From an uncultured delta proteobacterium (lineage in GTDB: Bacteria; Desulfobacterota; Binatia; Binatales; Binataceae): a stretch of DNA of 64,000 bases. The notes below the pieces were generated by a model. It searched no databases and was not told the DNA's origin. It saw nothing but the letters and a program-made list of their open reading frames with translations. This document shows positions 1-15,466 of this stretch, one piece after another; position 1 is the first letter of the stretch, and each line of letters begins with the position of its first letter. A program made the translations under genes and the position numbers. The stretch is from the NCBI GenBank assembly GCA_963724765.1, contig CAVRVY010000004.1, forward strand, positions 704,001 to 768,000. The letters run 5' to 3'.

Positions 1-7
1 GGCATTG

Positions 8-1591
8 TCAGCCCGGCGCAGATTCTTTTATCTGCCGATCGAATCCTGGCAGAATGGCGTTGACGAATCCGTTCTGCACGAATTGCACTAATGCTTGCCA
101 GGTGCTGACATCCGGATTGTTGAGTTTTCCGGACATGTTGACCTTGGTTGCAACCTTTTGGGTGGATGAATTCTTGACTACCTTGGCGGCCGCGCCAATT
201 TCGAGCTCGTAGGCCTGATGAAGGACCGACTTATTCTTGTCCTTGGCAGGATCATAGACCTTCACATTAGTGAATAAGGGTTTCACGTACCCTGTCATCG
301 CTCCGCGCCGCACCGTTACTTGCGAGTAGACGGACAGTTGCCCTGCCTGGACGTCGAACCTGCCATAGGCGCGCAAGAGGTTATTTAACGAGGGTAGACT
401 AGCATCTCGGATCGCGAGATCAAGATCACAGTCGGAACCGGCCTTCTCGGGGCGAAAGTCGCCGCTCACGGTGGTCGCTCCACTATCCATGAACCGGCCG
501 CGCAAGCCAAAATGCGTTACGCCTTCGCTGAACTGGTTCGATAGGTTCGTTAGCTCAACGTACAAATTCGAGATGAACAGTGTGTAATGAGGGTCCTTGG
601 CCTGATTGACATAGATCGCCTGGCTATCAACAACCTCGAGCTTGTCGATCTTGACCACGAGTTCCGGCGCATTGCTGATTTCCTTGGTTCCCGCCTTCAC
701 CTCAGCCACACGGCGGGCTTCCGCGACGGCGGTCGGCGCCGTATGCGTATACCCGAATCGGCCGCCGACAATCCTGGCATCGTAAACTTCAACCCTTTTT
801 GCCTTCGTTCCGTACTCGACGAACCCATCACTGGCCAGCGTACCGCCCTCTATATTGAAATTGATCCGGCTGAGCTCAGGCTTGAACTGATTGAGCGGCA
901 CATTCTTCAAATGATAGCTCGCCGCAAGACTGGCTACCGGCTTCGTCAGGAAGTTGGCGTGTCCCTTGATGACCGCCTGTCCCGATTCGAACACAGTCGC
1001 TTCGGCTTGCACGGGCGATGGATACGCTGTGGCGGCCGACCTCGTATTTCGTATGTTACCCGCGGTAACGTAGAGATGTTCCAGTCGAAGCGGGCGGTTC
1101 GGATCGGTGTCCACATAGGTAACGTCCGCATCGTCAACCGTGAACTGGTTGATCTTGAATGGATAAATGCTTTCTATAGCGTCTTGCCAACCTTTCTTGC
1201 TGAATGGCACTTTGTCCGCACGCTCACTGCGCAACTGTATGAGATTGACGCGCAGCCTGGGATGGAACAGAAGCAGATCCGCCACGACATGTCCGGTGAG
1301 CAATTCGCTCCATTGTATTTCGATGATCAAGACTGGAAAGTGCCCCACCGGAGAACGTGCATACGCTTTCTGGATCAGCGTAACGTCGCTCAAAGTGAGT
1401 GCGCCATCGAGTAGCCGTAGATGAGCGCCGGCCACGCGGGTCTCGTAACCCTTCAGTCTCTCATTCATGTTTCGCTCAACCGAGGATCGTACGATCGGAT
1501 CGAGAATGGGCGGCGTCCCCAGAACAATTGCCACGCAAGCAATTAGTGCCACCAACAACGAAAGGGACAATCGTGTATTCCGGACGTTCAT
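8..1591 (-). CDS. DUF748/AsmA-like envelope protein
   Basis: N-terminal TM segment, beta-rich body, C-terminal 'GYVKPLF...W..L..FVQNGFVNAILPG' typical of DUF748 proteins. Confidence 0.75.
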   Translation of the reverse strand: MNVRNTRLSLSLLVALIACVAIVLGTPPILDPIVRSSVERNMNERLKGYETRVAGAHLRLLDGALTLSDVTLIQKAYARSPVGHFPVLIIEIQWSELLTGHVVADLLLFHPRLRVNLIQLRSERADKVPFSKKGWQDAIESIYPFKINQFTVDDADVTYVDTDPNRPLRLEHLYVTAGNIRNTRSAATAYPSPVQAEATVFESGQAVIKGHANFLTKPVASLAASYHLKNVPLNQFKPELSRINFNIEGGTLASDGFVEYGTKAKRVEVYDARIVGGRFGYTHTAPTAVAEARRVAEVKAGTKEISNAPELVVKIDKLEVVDSQAIYVNQAKDPHYTLFISNLYVELTNLSNQFSEGVTHFGLRGRFMDSGATTVSGDFRPEKAGSDCDLDLAIRDASLPSLNNLLRAYGRFDVQAGQLSVYSQVTVRRGAMTGYVKPLFTNVKVYDPAKDKNKSVLHQAYELEIGAAAKVVKNSSTQKVATKVNMSGKLNNPDVSTWQALVQFVQNGFVNAILPGFDRQIKESAPG

Positions 1592-1916
1592 ATGCGTTGC
1601 GATACTTCGCTTCGTTTCGCGTTAAAAATCGGGCCTCGCGCAACTTATCAGCAGACCTCTTCTTTTTGTTTGCCGGCCGAGCCCCTATCCTTCCTCCCAA
1701 CCGCCATGCACAGTAAGACACTGTCCCGGAATTTCCCCACGCTCATCCAACCGTTACCGGTTGCAGTGCTCGTTCAGCGCCGTCGCTCTAGAGGCTTTCG
1801 GAAAGCGCCTGACGCCCAGGAACGCGGCCAGATACCAGGCGCCTGCCGGGTAAAGAATCAGATGTTTAGACTTATCGAGTTACCAGTCTGCACCCACCAA
1901 CCCTTCTCATGTCACC

Positions 1917-2144
1917 TCACGGCGCGGGTGAGTAAGTGGTGGTCGATCGCTTCTGTATTACGCCAGTTGGTGTTGAAGTCGTTGTGGTTGTTGTAGTTTC
2001 GGATGAGGGAGGCGGTGTCTCAACCGGCGGCGCCACCGTACCATACTCGGTCGTCGTGGTGGTTTCTTTTGTGGCCGTCGGTCCACACCCCGCACACGCA
2101 AATGCCGCGGCCGATATGATTAGGAATAATCTTAGTTGTGACAT
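1917..2144 (-). CDS. Small Thr/Pro-rich lipoprotein
   Basis: Signal peptide with lipobox FACAG-C, poly-T tracts, GGAG-rich upstream sequence; two paralog-like ORFs in the window. Confidence 0.75.
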   Translation of the reverse strand: MSQLRLFLIISAAAFACAGCGPTATKETTTTTEYGTVAPPVETPPPSSETTTTTTTSTPTGVIQKRSTTTYSPAP

Positions 2145-2203
2145 CTCCGTCTTCTCCCAATAGAACCATCTAACGACAAGCTTTGCGCTTGCGCCGCGCT
2201 CGC

Positions 2204-2410
2204 TTACTTATTTTTACGTGAAGGAACCTTGGCTCCCGCCTTGCGCGCCTCGGACAACCCTATAGCTATTGCTTGTTTGCGGCTTTTCACCTTCTTACCT
2301 GACCGTCCGGACTTCAGTTTCCCCTCTTTCATTTCGTGAACCGCCCGCCCAACCTTGGAAGACGCTTTCTTGCTGTATTGTCGCGACCGAGTTCCTTTCT
2401 TTTTTGTCAT
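2204..2410 (-). CDS. DUF6496 family small basic protein
   Basis: Motif 'GKLKSGRSGKKVKSRKQAIAIGLSEARKAGAKVP'. Confidence 0.85.
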   Translation of the reverse strand: MTKKKGTRSRQYSKKASSKVGRAVHEMKEGKLKSGRSGKKVKSRKQAIAIGLSEARKAGAKVPSRKNK

Positions 2411-2771
2411 GTTATTTCACCCTAAGAGTTTGAGGATCAGGCCGGAGGGCCTTCCTATTGCGGGTAACAATCACACCGAGAAGTGACGGGTCCATTCGCC
2501 TTCTCGCAGACGAGATGGACAGCGGCGGATCCGACATCAAGCTGTGCGTGGTGCAAACTTCGTGCTGACAGCTTCGAATGCGCTCTGATGGGCTATCGCT
2601 TGAAGTTACAGAGCATAGTCGCGCTTATTGCGCTAGTGGACCGGGCAAGAATTACGTTGAAGAGTAGATTAGAATAGCTACTTAACCGCCCACGGAACGA
2701 GAATCCTTCGAAAGTCCAGTCCGGCCAAAGATCACACGACTACTAGCTTCGTAGCCTGATGAATTTGGGAT

Positions 2772-4166
2772 TCAGTCCTCTTTGAGATGATTATAGAGAG
2801 TCTTCAGAGATACGCCGAGAATCTCCGCGGTTTTTGCCTTGTTGCCACCGGTAGACTTAAGCGTCTGAACCAGAAGCTCGCGCTTAACCGCGTTCAGCGA
2901 CATGCCCACACGCACATCCAAGATGGGGTGCACCCCATTGCCAGGTTTGACCTCGCTTTGTATTCGAGGCGTAACCTCCCCGGCTATGCCAGGTTTGATC
3001 TCCTCTGGTAAATCTGCCAGCGAGATCATCGGACCACGTGTAACGATAATCGCCCGCTCGATTACATTGCGTAACTGGCGTACATTGCCTGGCCAATGTT
3101 GGGATCTAAGCAGCTCAAGACAGTCAGCTTCCATGCCGATAACAGATTTACCAGCGGACGGAGCAAGTTGCCGCAGGAAATGCTCGATTAGGCTCGGCAA
3201 GTCTTCGGAGCGCTCGCGTAGGGTCGGTAGTTGAATCGTAAAAACATTGAGTCTGTAGTAAAGGTCTTCTCGGAATTTCCCCTCGCGAAGCTGTATTTCC
3301 AGATTGCGATTGGTCGCGGCCAGCACGCGCACGTCGACAGGGATCTCGGTGCCGCCGCCCAAGCGGCGAATCTTCCGTTCTTCGAGGACTCGCAGGAGCT
3401 TCGCCTGCAATTCCGACTTCATCTCCCCGATCTCGTCCAGGAGAAGCGTTCCGCCGGTCGCGAGTTCGAAACAGCCTTCGCGGCGGCGATCAGCGCCGGT
3501 GAACGCTCCGCGTTCATGACCAAACAGCTCGCTCTCCATCAGGGTCTCGGGCAATGCGGCACAATTTATGGCGATGTAGGGACCACGCGACCGTGGCGAA
3601 AGATCATGAATAGTGCGAGCCACCAATTCCTTGCCGGTGCCGCTTTCGCCCACGATTACAACCGATGCAGTACTGGGCGCTACCTGCTCGACCAGCGCCA
3701 TTACGCGGCGCATCGCGAGAGACTGCCCGACCATCGGCCCCAGTTCGCCGGCTTCCATCAGGCGACGACGCAAAAGCTGGTTTTCCTTGCTTACGCTTAG
3801 ATGCGTCCGCAGGTTGTTGAGCAGTACCTCCAGATGATGAGGATCGACCGGCTTGCGCAGATAGTCGTAGGCTCCGAGTTTTATCGATTCGACCGCGTCC
3901 TCGATTTCGCCCTCGCCGGAGATCACGATGGTCGGAAGCTGCCAGCCGTTCGCACGGATTTCACCGAGCACCGCCAAGCCGTCTTTCTTTGGTAATCGGA
4001 GGTCGAGCAGGAGAATCTGCGGGTTGCAGCTTTCAATCAACTGCAGGGCGCGCTCGCCGTCTTCCGCGCTGTCAACGCGATATCCCCAGGACGAGATCAA
4101 CGTCGACCACGCTTCGCGCGCGTCCGCGTTGTCTTCGACGATAAGTACCCTCGTACCGGCTTTCAT
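2772..4166 (-). CDS. Sigma-54-dependent response regulator (NtrC/AtoC family EBP)
   Basis: REC domain, Walker A GESGTGKE, GAFTGA loop, LLLDEIGE, WPGNVRQL, C-terminal Fis HTH. Confidence 0.97.
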   Translation of the reverse strand: MKAGTRVLIVEDNADAREAWSTLISSWGYRVDSAEDGERALQLIESCNPQILLLDLRLPKKDGLAVLGEIRANGWQLPTIVISGEGEIEDAVESIKLGAYDYLRKPVDPHHLEVLLNNLRTHLSVSKENQLLRRRLMEAGELGPMVGQSLAMRRVMALVEQVAPSTASVVIVGESGTGKELVARTIHDLSPRSRGPYIAINCAALPETLMESELFGHERGAFTGADRRREGCFELATGGTLLLDEIGEMKSELQAKLLRVLEERKIRRLGGGTEIPVDVRVLAATNRNLEIQLREGKFREDLYYRLNVFTIQLPTLRERSEDLPSLIEHFLRQLAPSAGKSVIGMEADCLELLRSQHWPGNVRQLRNVIERAIIVTRGPMISLADLPEEIKPGIAGEVTPRIQSEVKPGNGVHPILDVRVGMSLNAVKRELLVQTLKSTGGNKAKTAEILGVSLKTLYNHLKED

Positions 4167-4362
4167 AGTGTTCGCTAGCGCAGTCGGTTCGCCCGCCGAA
4201 TAACGCGCCGTTGGCGGGTGGCGAGATACCTCTCCGCAATTCTGAACGTGCGATTCAGCGAGGGCTCAAATAATCCGGCCGCCCTCAACGCGCCTCAGCC
4301 ACACACGCCTTCGAGGTTTGTCTTGCGCATCTATTCTCTCCGTCACCGGGCCTTAAGACGTT

Positions 4363-4378
4363 AGCACCAACGATGCCA
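4363..4378 (-). promoter_or_regulatory. Putative sigma-54 promoter of the EBP gene
   Basis: Minus strand TGGCATCGTTGGTGCT = GG-N10-GC. Confidence 0.55.
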
Positions 4379-4520
4379 CACGCTCAGGCGGACAAGTGCT
4401 AATAAAAGTAGCATAAGATGCAGAAAACATCTATTAGCGTGTCACTGGATAGATATGCGGGCCGCGCGAAATTGTAAAATTTCCTTTTCCTCGCCGTAAA
4501 TCTGGCGTAATTTCGTTGGA

Positions 4521-6600
4521 TTACCGGGCAGGCCGCCTGACAGCCGACGTAACATAGTCGACCAGACGGCTCAGGTCTAATGGCTTGACCATACATGCAT
4601 CGAAGCCTTCCTGGAGCGCGCGCCGTGAATGGTGTGGATCGCTCAAACCGGTCAGTGCGATCGATAAAATCCTCCCAGCTTGCTTGGCCGGGTGCTGACT
4701 TAGCGATCGCATCAGCGCAAATCCATCCTGTCCCGGCATCGCGATGTCACTTATCAGCACGTCGGGAACCTGACGCGCGATTTCCGCCAGTCCCTCTTCG
4801 GTTGACTCCGCAGTAGTGGTATCCGCGCCAAGCCTTCGCAGAAGCTCCGCGAGCGCCTCGCGCGAATCACTATGATCTTCAACGACGAGAATCCTGATTC
4901 CCTCAAGCGTCCGCGACAGCGCATTCAGAGTGTGGGAGTCACGCTGCTGCTCGGGTCCGGTTCGCAGAGTCTGCAGCGGCAGCGTCACCGAGAAGGTGGC
5001 GCCTTTGTCGACCCCTTCACTTTCGACTCTGATGGACCCGCCGTGCAGTTCGACCAGCTTGCGCGCTATCGCAAGTCCGAGACCCAGTCCGTAATGTTCT
5101 CTGCTAGTGCTGCTGTCCGCCTGCCTGAACATATCGAACACGAAAGGCAGGAACTCAGCGCCGATGCCCTTTCCAGTGTCACTCACCGTCAAGGTGACGT
5201 CGCGCGCGCCGCGCTCGAGACTGAGGCGGACCCGGCCGCCCGCCGGCGTGAATTTAACGGCGTTGGACACGAGATTCGAAATCACCTGTTGAAGGCGTTC
5301 GGAATCTCCATTGATGCAAAGCGGCGGACCGCTCCATTGCCATTCGACCTGCAGGTTCTTGGCCTCAGCCGCCGGCCGTATCACATCCAACGCGCTGTCG
5401 ATGAGCGGCATCAGGTCGATCGTACGAAGCGTGAGGTGAACCTTGCCCCTGGCGATCCGTGACAGATCCAGGATCTCATCGATCAGCGAGACCTGCAGAT
5501 GAACGTTGCGCTCGATCGTTTCAAGCGCGCGCTTGGACCCGCAAGGATCGAGGTTGCCACTCTGCAGCAGGTTGACCCAGCCAACAATGGCGTTAAGCGG
5601 ATTGCGCAGCTCATGCGACACGGTGGCCAGGAACTCGTCCTTGATTCGATTTGCCGCTTCCGCCTGGAGCAGCGTCTGATTCTCGATCTCTATATCAGTG
5701 GCCGTGAGAATCCAGCCGGTTATCCCTTCGGCATCGTCACGTTGCGGGATACCGCGTCCGAGATGCCACCTGTAGAGGCCGTCGCGTCCGCGAATTCGAA
5801 ATTTGAGTTCGAACTCGCGATGATTGGCGATCGACTCATTCCATTGCTGCGCCAGATGTTCGCGATCAGTCGGATCGACGGTGTTGAGGAGCGCGTCGCG
5901 GGAAACAGCGCCTTGGGGGGCGACGCCTGTATAGGCCAGTGCGCTCTCGTTCCAGTAAACCGGGCGGCCCTGGTTGTCGGTCACCACCACGCACAGCGGT
6001 ATCGCGTCCGTCAGCTTGCGAAACCTGAGATCGCTCTTGCGCTCGAGTGACTCGCGCTCCTGCTGGCGCAAAGCCGAGGCCTGCTGCTTGATGGTCTGTT
6101 CCTTGAGGTAGAGATCGACGAACACGGCCACTTTGCAGCGCAGGATCTCGGGCTCGAAAGGCCTCACCAGAAAGTCGGCGGCACCCCTGGCGTACCCGTC
6201 CAATATCGAAGCCGAATCGGTATCGGCGGCAGTCAGAAAAATTACCGGCGTGGATTTGGCCCGCCATCTGCTCCGCATCAACTCCGCGGTCTTGAATCCG
6301 TCCAGGCCCGGCATGCGGACATCCATCAGAACGACGGCCATTTCCTCGTGGGCCAACAGCTCGATCGCCTGGTGGCCCGACGACGCCTTGACCAATCTAT
6401 GCCCCAGCGGCTCGAGGATCGCCTCGAGCGCGGCCAGGTTGGCCCGGTAATCGTCAACCAGGAGAATGCTTGCTCCCGCCGCCTGCATCGCCTCGCCATC
6501 CGCGCGCGACTTCTGAGTTCTCGACCGGCTCACCCCAGTAATCGACATCGCATCCGCTCCACCGTTAGCACTTGTATGCGTCGCTTTTCGAACGTCAAGG

Positions 6601-6611
<11 letters not shown>
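4521..6611 (-). CDS. Hybrid histidine kinase REC-PAS-HisKA-HATPase-REC with OsaB-like N-terminus
   Basis: LLVDDYRANLAALEAIL...KVAVFVDLY REC plus coiled coil; PAS/PAC; SHELRNPL H-box; GLGLGL G2 box; C-terminal REC. Start may lie further in. Confidence 0.93.
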
Positions 6612-11379
<4,768 letters not shown>

Positions 11380-11488
11380 GTAATCAACTCCTGTGATGAA
11401 ATGCCGTCGGCGTAATGGCGACTTTTACGATACGCGGCCGGTTGCTCGCGCAGCCGGCCGCGCAACCATCGATCCAGGCGCGAAGCCG

Positions 11489-11848
11489 CTACTGGAAGCG
11501 ATCGCCGGCGTATTCGTATGTCGGGCAGAGTCGGCCCGGACGAACTGTTGCTACTACCGAAAGAAATTGTTCGAAAGTTATTCCCAACTGACGAAATCCG
11601 CCCTGGCAGAAAACGACAGCGTAAAATTCGAGAATCTCGTCTCGTAACGCAGGCGGCAATTCCGAGCGGGCGGGCGCGAGCGGAAATGCACGAACACTCC
11701 CCTGGTGAGCGGCGCAATGAAATCTCCGACTTATCGCTGGCAATGCGTCCCTCGCATCGACAGATCCGCGGGACGCATGCGGCGAAACATTGGCGAAAGA
11801 CGTCGCGCTCAAAGCTTTTTGACCTCCGTTCAAAATGAGATTGCGCAA
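11489..11848 (-). CDS. Hypothetical protein upstream of the poly-HAMP kinase
   Basis: Lies between a sigma-54 promoter and the kinase; C-terminal half (LRDEILEFYAVVFCQGGFRQLGITFEQFLSVV) looks like an amphipathic helical domain; start uncertain. Confidence 0.4.
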   Translation of the reverse strand: MRNLILNGGQKALSATSFANVSPHASRGSVDARDALPAISRRFHCAAHQGSVRAFPLAPARSELPPALRDEILEFYAVVFCQGGFRQLGITFEQFLSVVATVRPGRLCPTYEYAGDRFQ

Positions 11849-11880
11849 GCCCTCAGTTGAAGGACCGCCGCCCAGAGGCG

Positions 11881-11922
11881 GCAGTCGACTGAAAGCAGCC
11901 GACTGAAAGCAGCCGGCTGAAC
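11881..11922. repeat. 3 x 14-bp tandem repeat
   Basis: gcagtcgactgaaa / gcagccgactgaaa / gcagccggctgaac. Confidence 0.85.
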
Positions 11923-11998
11923 GAAGGGAGGGAAGAATTTCATTCGAAAATAGTCCGCGGTGTCAGGCTTCTCCTTGGATTATTGGCAGCCAGCCTGC

Positions 11999-12014
11999 AG
12001 CAATAGCTGTGCCG
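11999..12014 (-). promoter_or_regulatory. Putative sigma-54 promoter of the kinase operon
   Basis: Minus strand CGGCACAGCTATTGCT, near-consensus GG-N10-GC. Confidence 0.7.
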
Positions 12015-12292
12015 AATTTTGTGCCATTAGCGATACATTGATTCTTGGTGCGCTTTACGGTGATTAATGTTGAGGATTAGCAGAATATTTTTTAATACAC
12101 AACGAATCAAGTTCGATTCGGTAAATTTTACATTACAATAAATTGTAGAAACTCGTTGTCGAATATTTCACTAACGGGAACTTTTGGACCAGCACGGCAC
12201 TGGTAGGTCCTCTCGTTCGCTCGAACGCGGCTGAATGGTGAGACGCTAGAGTAGGAACATTATACGAATACGAGCTCGGCGCCCTCGCCTGG

Positions 12293-12357
12293 ACGGCCGA
12301 CTCGCTTTCAGCGCAGAGTTCAGAAAAAAACCACTTTGCTTACCGCGAGTCGGCCGT
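12293..12357 (-). terminator. Long stem-loop 3' of the small lipoprotein gene
   Basis: 13-bp perfect inverted repeat acggccgactcgc/gcgagtcggccgt with inner pairing gcagagt/actttgc. Confidence 0.5.
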
Positions 12358-12382
12358 TCAACCGTCAGCTCGTCGATCTGGA

Positions 12383-12598
12383 TTACGGGTTATAGGTCGT
12401 GGTCGAATGCTGCCGCACGCTTCCATCGTCGGACTGCGTGGTGGTACTGGTCGTGCTGGTCTCACCAGGCGGCTCCGAGGGCACCACCTGAGCCGGCGCT
12501 TCGCTGGTGGTGGTTCTGTGATAACTGAAGCATCCGCTCGCCAGAATCATTGAAAGGCCAGCAATAGCCAGAATCGTCTTGTGCATAACGTGTTGCAT
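12383..12598 (-). CDS. Small Thr/Pro-rich lipoprotein
   Basis: Lipobox LASG-C, GGAGG RBS upstream, ends GSVRQHSTTTYNP. Confidence 0.8.
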   Translation of the reverse strand: MQHVMHKTILAIAGLSMILASGCFSYHRTTTSEAPAQVVPSEPPGETSTTSTTTQSDDGSVRQHSTTTYNP

Positions 12599-12688
12599 TA
12601 TTTACTGAGTAACCTCCTCCATGTAATTCCTTCCGCGACGGCTGAATGAAGGAACTTCGATTTCAGATCATCGCTTGGCTCATAGGAA

Positions 12689-12704
12689 TGCAGTAGTCGT
12701 GCCA
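12689..12704 (-). promoter_or_regulatory. Putative sigma-54 promoter
   Basis: Minus strand TGGCACGACTACTGCA, ~90 bp upstream of the ATG. Confidence 0.75.
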
Positions 12705-13121
12705 CGCCCGAATGACAGCAGCGCGCGAAAATCAACAGTTACCGTTCAGATTTGTTAGACGTCTTATTTTGTGAATCTCGCGCTTTAAACCTACTCGCAT
12801 GCTTATGTTATCGTTACAAACCTACCGATCACCGTTCTTCTCGTCCTCTTTTGATACCGTCGCGGAACAAATTTTTCACATGGGCCGCGTCCTGGAACTT
12901 GAGTAGCTCCGCATACGAGAATTTTCGCAGCCTGTTTCGAACAAGCGTCGAAGAAGCTCGAAATGGCGAACCAGCATATCGCCTTCGAGGCTCGAACATT
13001 CTATGCCGCCGTTAGCGGACCGGCTGCGCGGGGCAGGAGCAGCCTCCAGTGAACGACCGCTGCCGGCGGCGCTCTATGTTTGAATCGATGACGGTCTGGG
13101 AGAGATAGTCGCGCAGATGCC

Positions 13122-13544
13122 TCAATCGCGATGCTTGGAATCGGCTGGGGCGCTCGAAATCAGGCCGACGTGACGGCCGAACATCTGCCAAGCGCCATCG
13201 CGCCTGACCCATGCGTTCATATAACTGCAGAACAGCACCGTGGCGGCCGCAGGTCCTTCGAGTTGCGAGGTCTCGTTGCCAGTAGTGACAACAGTGTCGC
13301 CGTTTATCGTGCCTCGCAGAGTAAGCCGTATATAGGATCTCAAACGAAGCCGCCCATCGGCGATCACGCCGAGAAGTATTTTTTTGTCCGCGATCAGATT
13401 TGAGGTACTATTCACCAGTAAATCGTCAGACCATAGCGCGCTCAGGGCCGTAACGTCGGCGCGCAGCATCGCGTTTGCTTCTCTTTGTTCCAAATCCTTT
13501 ATTTCCTTCCAAATTTCCGGCTCAGACGATTCGACGTCAAACAT
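13122..13544 (-). CDS. NTF2-like / DUF4440 family protein
   Basis: AMLRADVTALSALWSDD...WVRRDGAWQM pattern. Confidence 0.75.
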   Translation of the reverse strand: MFDVESSEPEIWKEIKDLEQREANAMLRADVTALSALWSDDLLVNSTSNLIADKKILLGVIADGRLRLRSYIRLTLRGTINGDTVVTTGNETSQLEGPAAATVLFCSYMNAWVRRDGAWQMFGRHVGLISSAPADSKHRD

Positions 13545-13640
13545 GGGGCGGCCTCTTGATTATTCGAGTTCGGGACGAACCGTAAAGAGAATACCGTCCT
13601 GCCAAATTAATGGAGTTTAATGATCCACGCAGGCTAACCA

Positions 13641-14039
13641 TCAGGTTGTCGACAGCGAACCATCGGAGTCTGCGCGACGCGCCAGTAGACGATCCATGAC
13701 GCGCAGGAGACGCTTCAAGTCGATAGGTTTTGCGATTAGGGCATCGGCATCGATCTTTGCCGAGTCCGCAAGCGCAGTCATGACCACGATCGGCACGGTC
13801 GCAAAAATCGGAAGCTTGGCGATTTCGGCACGAAACTCCCATCCGTCCATACCCGGCATCATCAGGTCGAGGATAATCAGATTCGGTGGCGGATGAGTGT
13901 CTAGGTATTCAAGCGCCTCGCGCCCGTCAAGGGCAGTCGCGACTGCGTATCCCTCGTACTCCAGGATCTGCGCGAGCGCTGCAACGGCGTCGGCATTGTC
14001 GTCGACGACCAGGACGGTAGGACCGGCTTTCAAAGTCAT
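13641..14039 (-). CDS. Single-domain response regulator
   Basis: VLVVDD, LDLMMPGMDG, KP motifs. Confidence 0.93.
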   Translation of the reverse strand: MTLKAGPTVLVVDDNADAVAALAQILEYEGYAVATALDGREALEYLDTHPPPNLIILDLMMPGMDGWEFRAEIAKLPIFATVPIVVMTALADSAKIDADALIAKPIDLKRLLRVMDRLLARRADSDGSLSTT

Positions 14040-14236
14040 CTCACGAAACTAAGCGATTCAGGGTCATCCTGGGCGGCTCCGCGCCCGACGATAGCGCAGT
14101 AAACGGCGCCGGCAAAGCGCGAGTCAGTATTCGCCACGATGAAAAATCTATTCGAAATTCCGGCTTTGCGCCACGCCGCCAGGATGTTTCGCGAGAGCGG
14201 CGCTCCACTGTGGCCCTTACGACATCCCGGCCTGGA

Positions 14237-15212
14237 TCATACCTCGATCCGGCCGGCGGCGTTTCTCCGGTATTCCCTGGCCAGGTCTTTGAGCCATGAA
14301 GGGCGGGATTTCAAAGTTTGTAGAGTATCGATGAGGCGCTCCGGTTCTCCGAGGTCGCTCCACTGAACGTCGTCGACCATCTGCACTGCGAGGTTTGACG
14401 GCGCCTTGGAAAGTACCTGTTCGGAAAACCCGACCGTCTCCAGCTTTCCAAACATAGCATCAGAGGCTTGTTCTTGTCGCCAGATTGCACTCGACTCAGG
14501 CCGTCGTTAAAGCGGCGGACCAACTCTGGCGCATGCTCCGCGATCATCGCTTCAAGCACCGAGGCGCGGGCGACTACGACAGCACTGTTCCAGAGGCACC
14601 CGCCGGCAAGGAGAGTGCGGGCCAACTCCCAGCGGGGCTTTTCCCAAAATCGTTTGACCCGGAAGAGCTTGGGCGTCCACGACGACACCCGCGCCGCCGG
14701 CTCAATCCATCCGTACGACGTTTCGGCCTTATCCGGTCTAATGCCAAGCAGCACTGAGAGCGCCGGATGCTCGTCAACCGCATCGAATGCGCGCTCGACC
14801 TGCCGCATGAACCGGACGTCGTCGCTGACGTAATGGTCCGAAGGAAAAATGGCTATGGTAGTGTCGGGCCCGAGACTCTTGGCTCTAAGGATTCCATAAA
14901 GAATGGCCGGCGCAGTTCCGCGGTCGCATGGCTGCGCAACGATTTGCGAACGCCGCAGGTCTCCCAAAAGCGGCTCGTAGAAGCGACGATGGCTCTGCTT
15001 CACGACGATGAAGGAGCGCTCGACCGGTACCAGTTGGGCCACCCGGTTCCTCGTGTTTTCCAACCACGTTACGCCGTCCATCATCGGACAGAACTGCTTC
15101 GGCACATCGTCCTGACCGGTGATAACCGAGTAACGGAGCTTATACGAAGTCCCTCGCCGCCGGCAAGAATTACCGCAGCGCGAGCCGATGAGGTGGAAGT
15201 TGATGAGCGCAT
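14237..15212 (-). pseudogene. Sugar-phosphate nucleotidyltransferase (mannose-1-phosphate guanylyltransferase-like), two frameshifts
   Basis: Likely N-terminus MRSSTSTSSARAAVILAGGEGLR (ATG 15212, GGAGG RBS) shifts near 15127 into VITGQDDVPKQF..PSDHY..EKP..WNS, then near 14474 into ..WSDLGEPERL. Confidence 0.85.
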
Positions 15213-15235
15213 GTTGTTCGGGCCTCCTGTTTGGA

Positions 15236-15251
15236 AGCAACGAGGGTGCCA
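15236..15251 (-). promoter_or_regulatory. Putative sigma-54 promoter
   Basis: Minus strand TGGCACCCTCGTTGCT, very close to the RBS of the ATG at 15212. Confidence 0.6.
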
Positions 15252-15466
15252 CGGCCGCACTTTCGTTCAAAAGCTAAAAGTTTCTGAACCTCGAACTCAC
15301 GGATGGCATTTCGTGCAACGGTAAAAACGCAAATCGATGACTTTTTGTCACGTGGCGGGCAGTTTTTTCAAGTTCACTTGAACGCCAGGCGCGGCTGCGC
15401 TCGGAGCCAAATGAGACCGCTGACTTGTATTCTGGGGGGAGAGCGAGTCCAGATGAACTGGATTAA

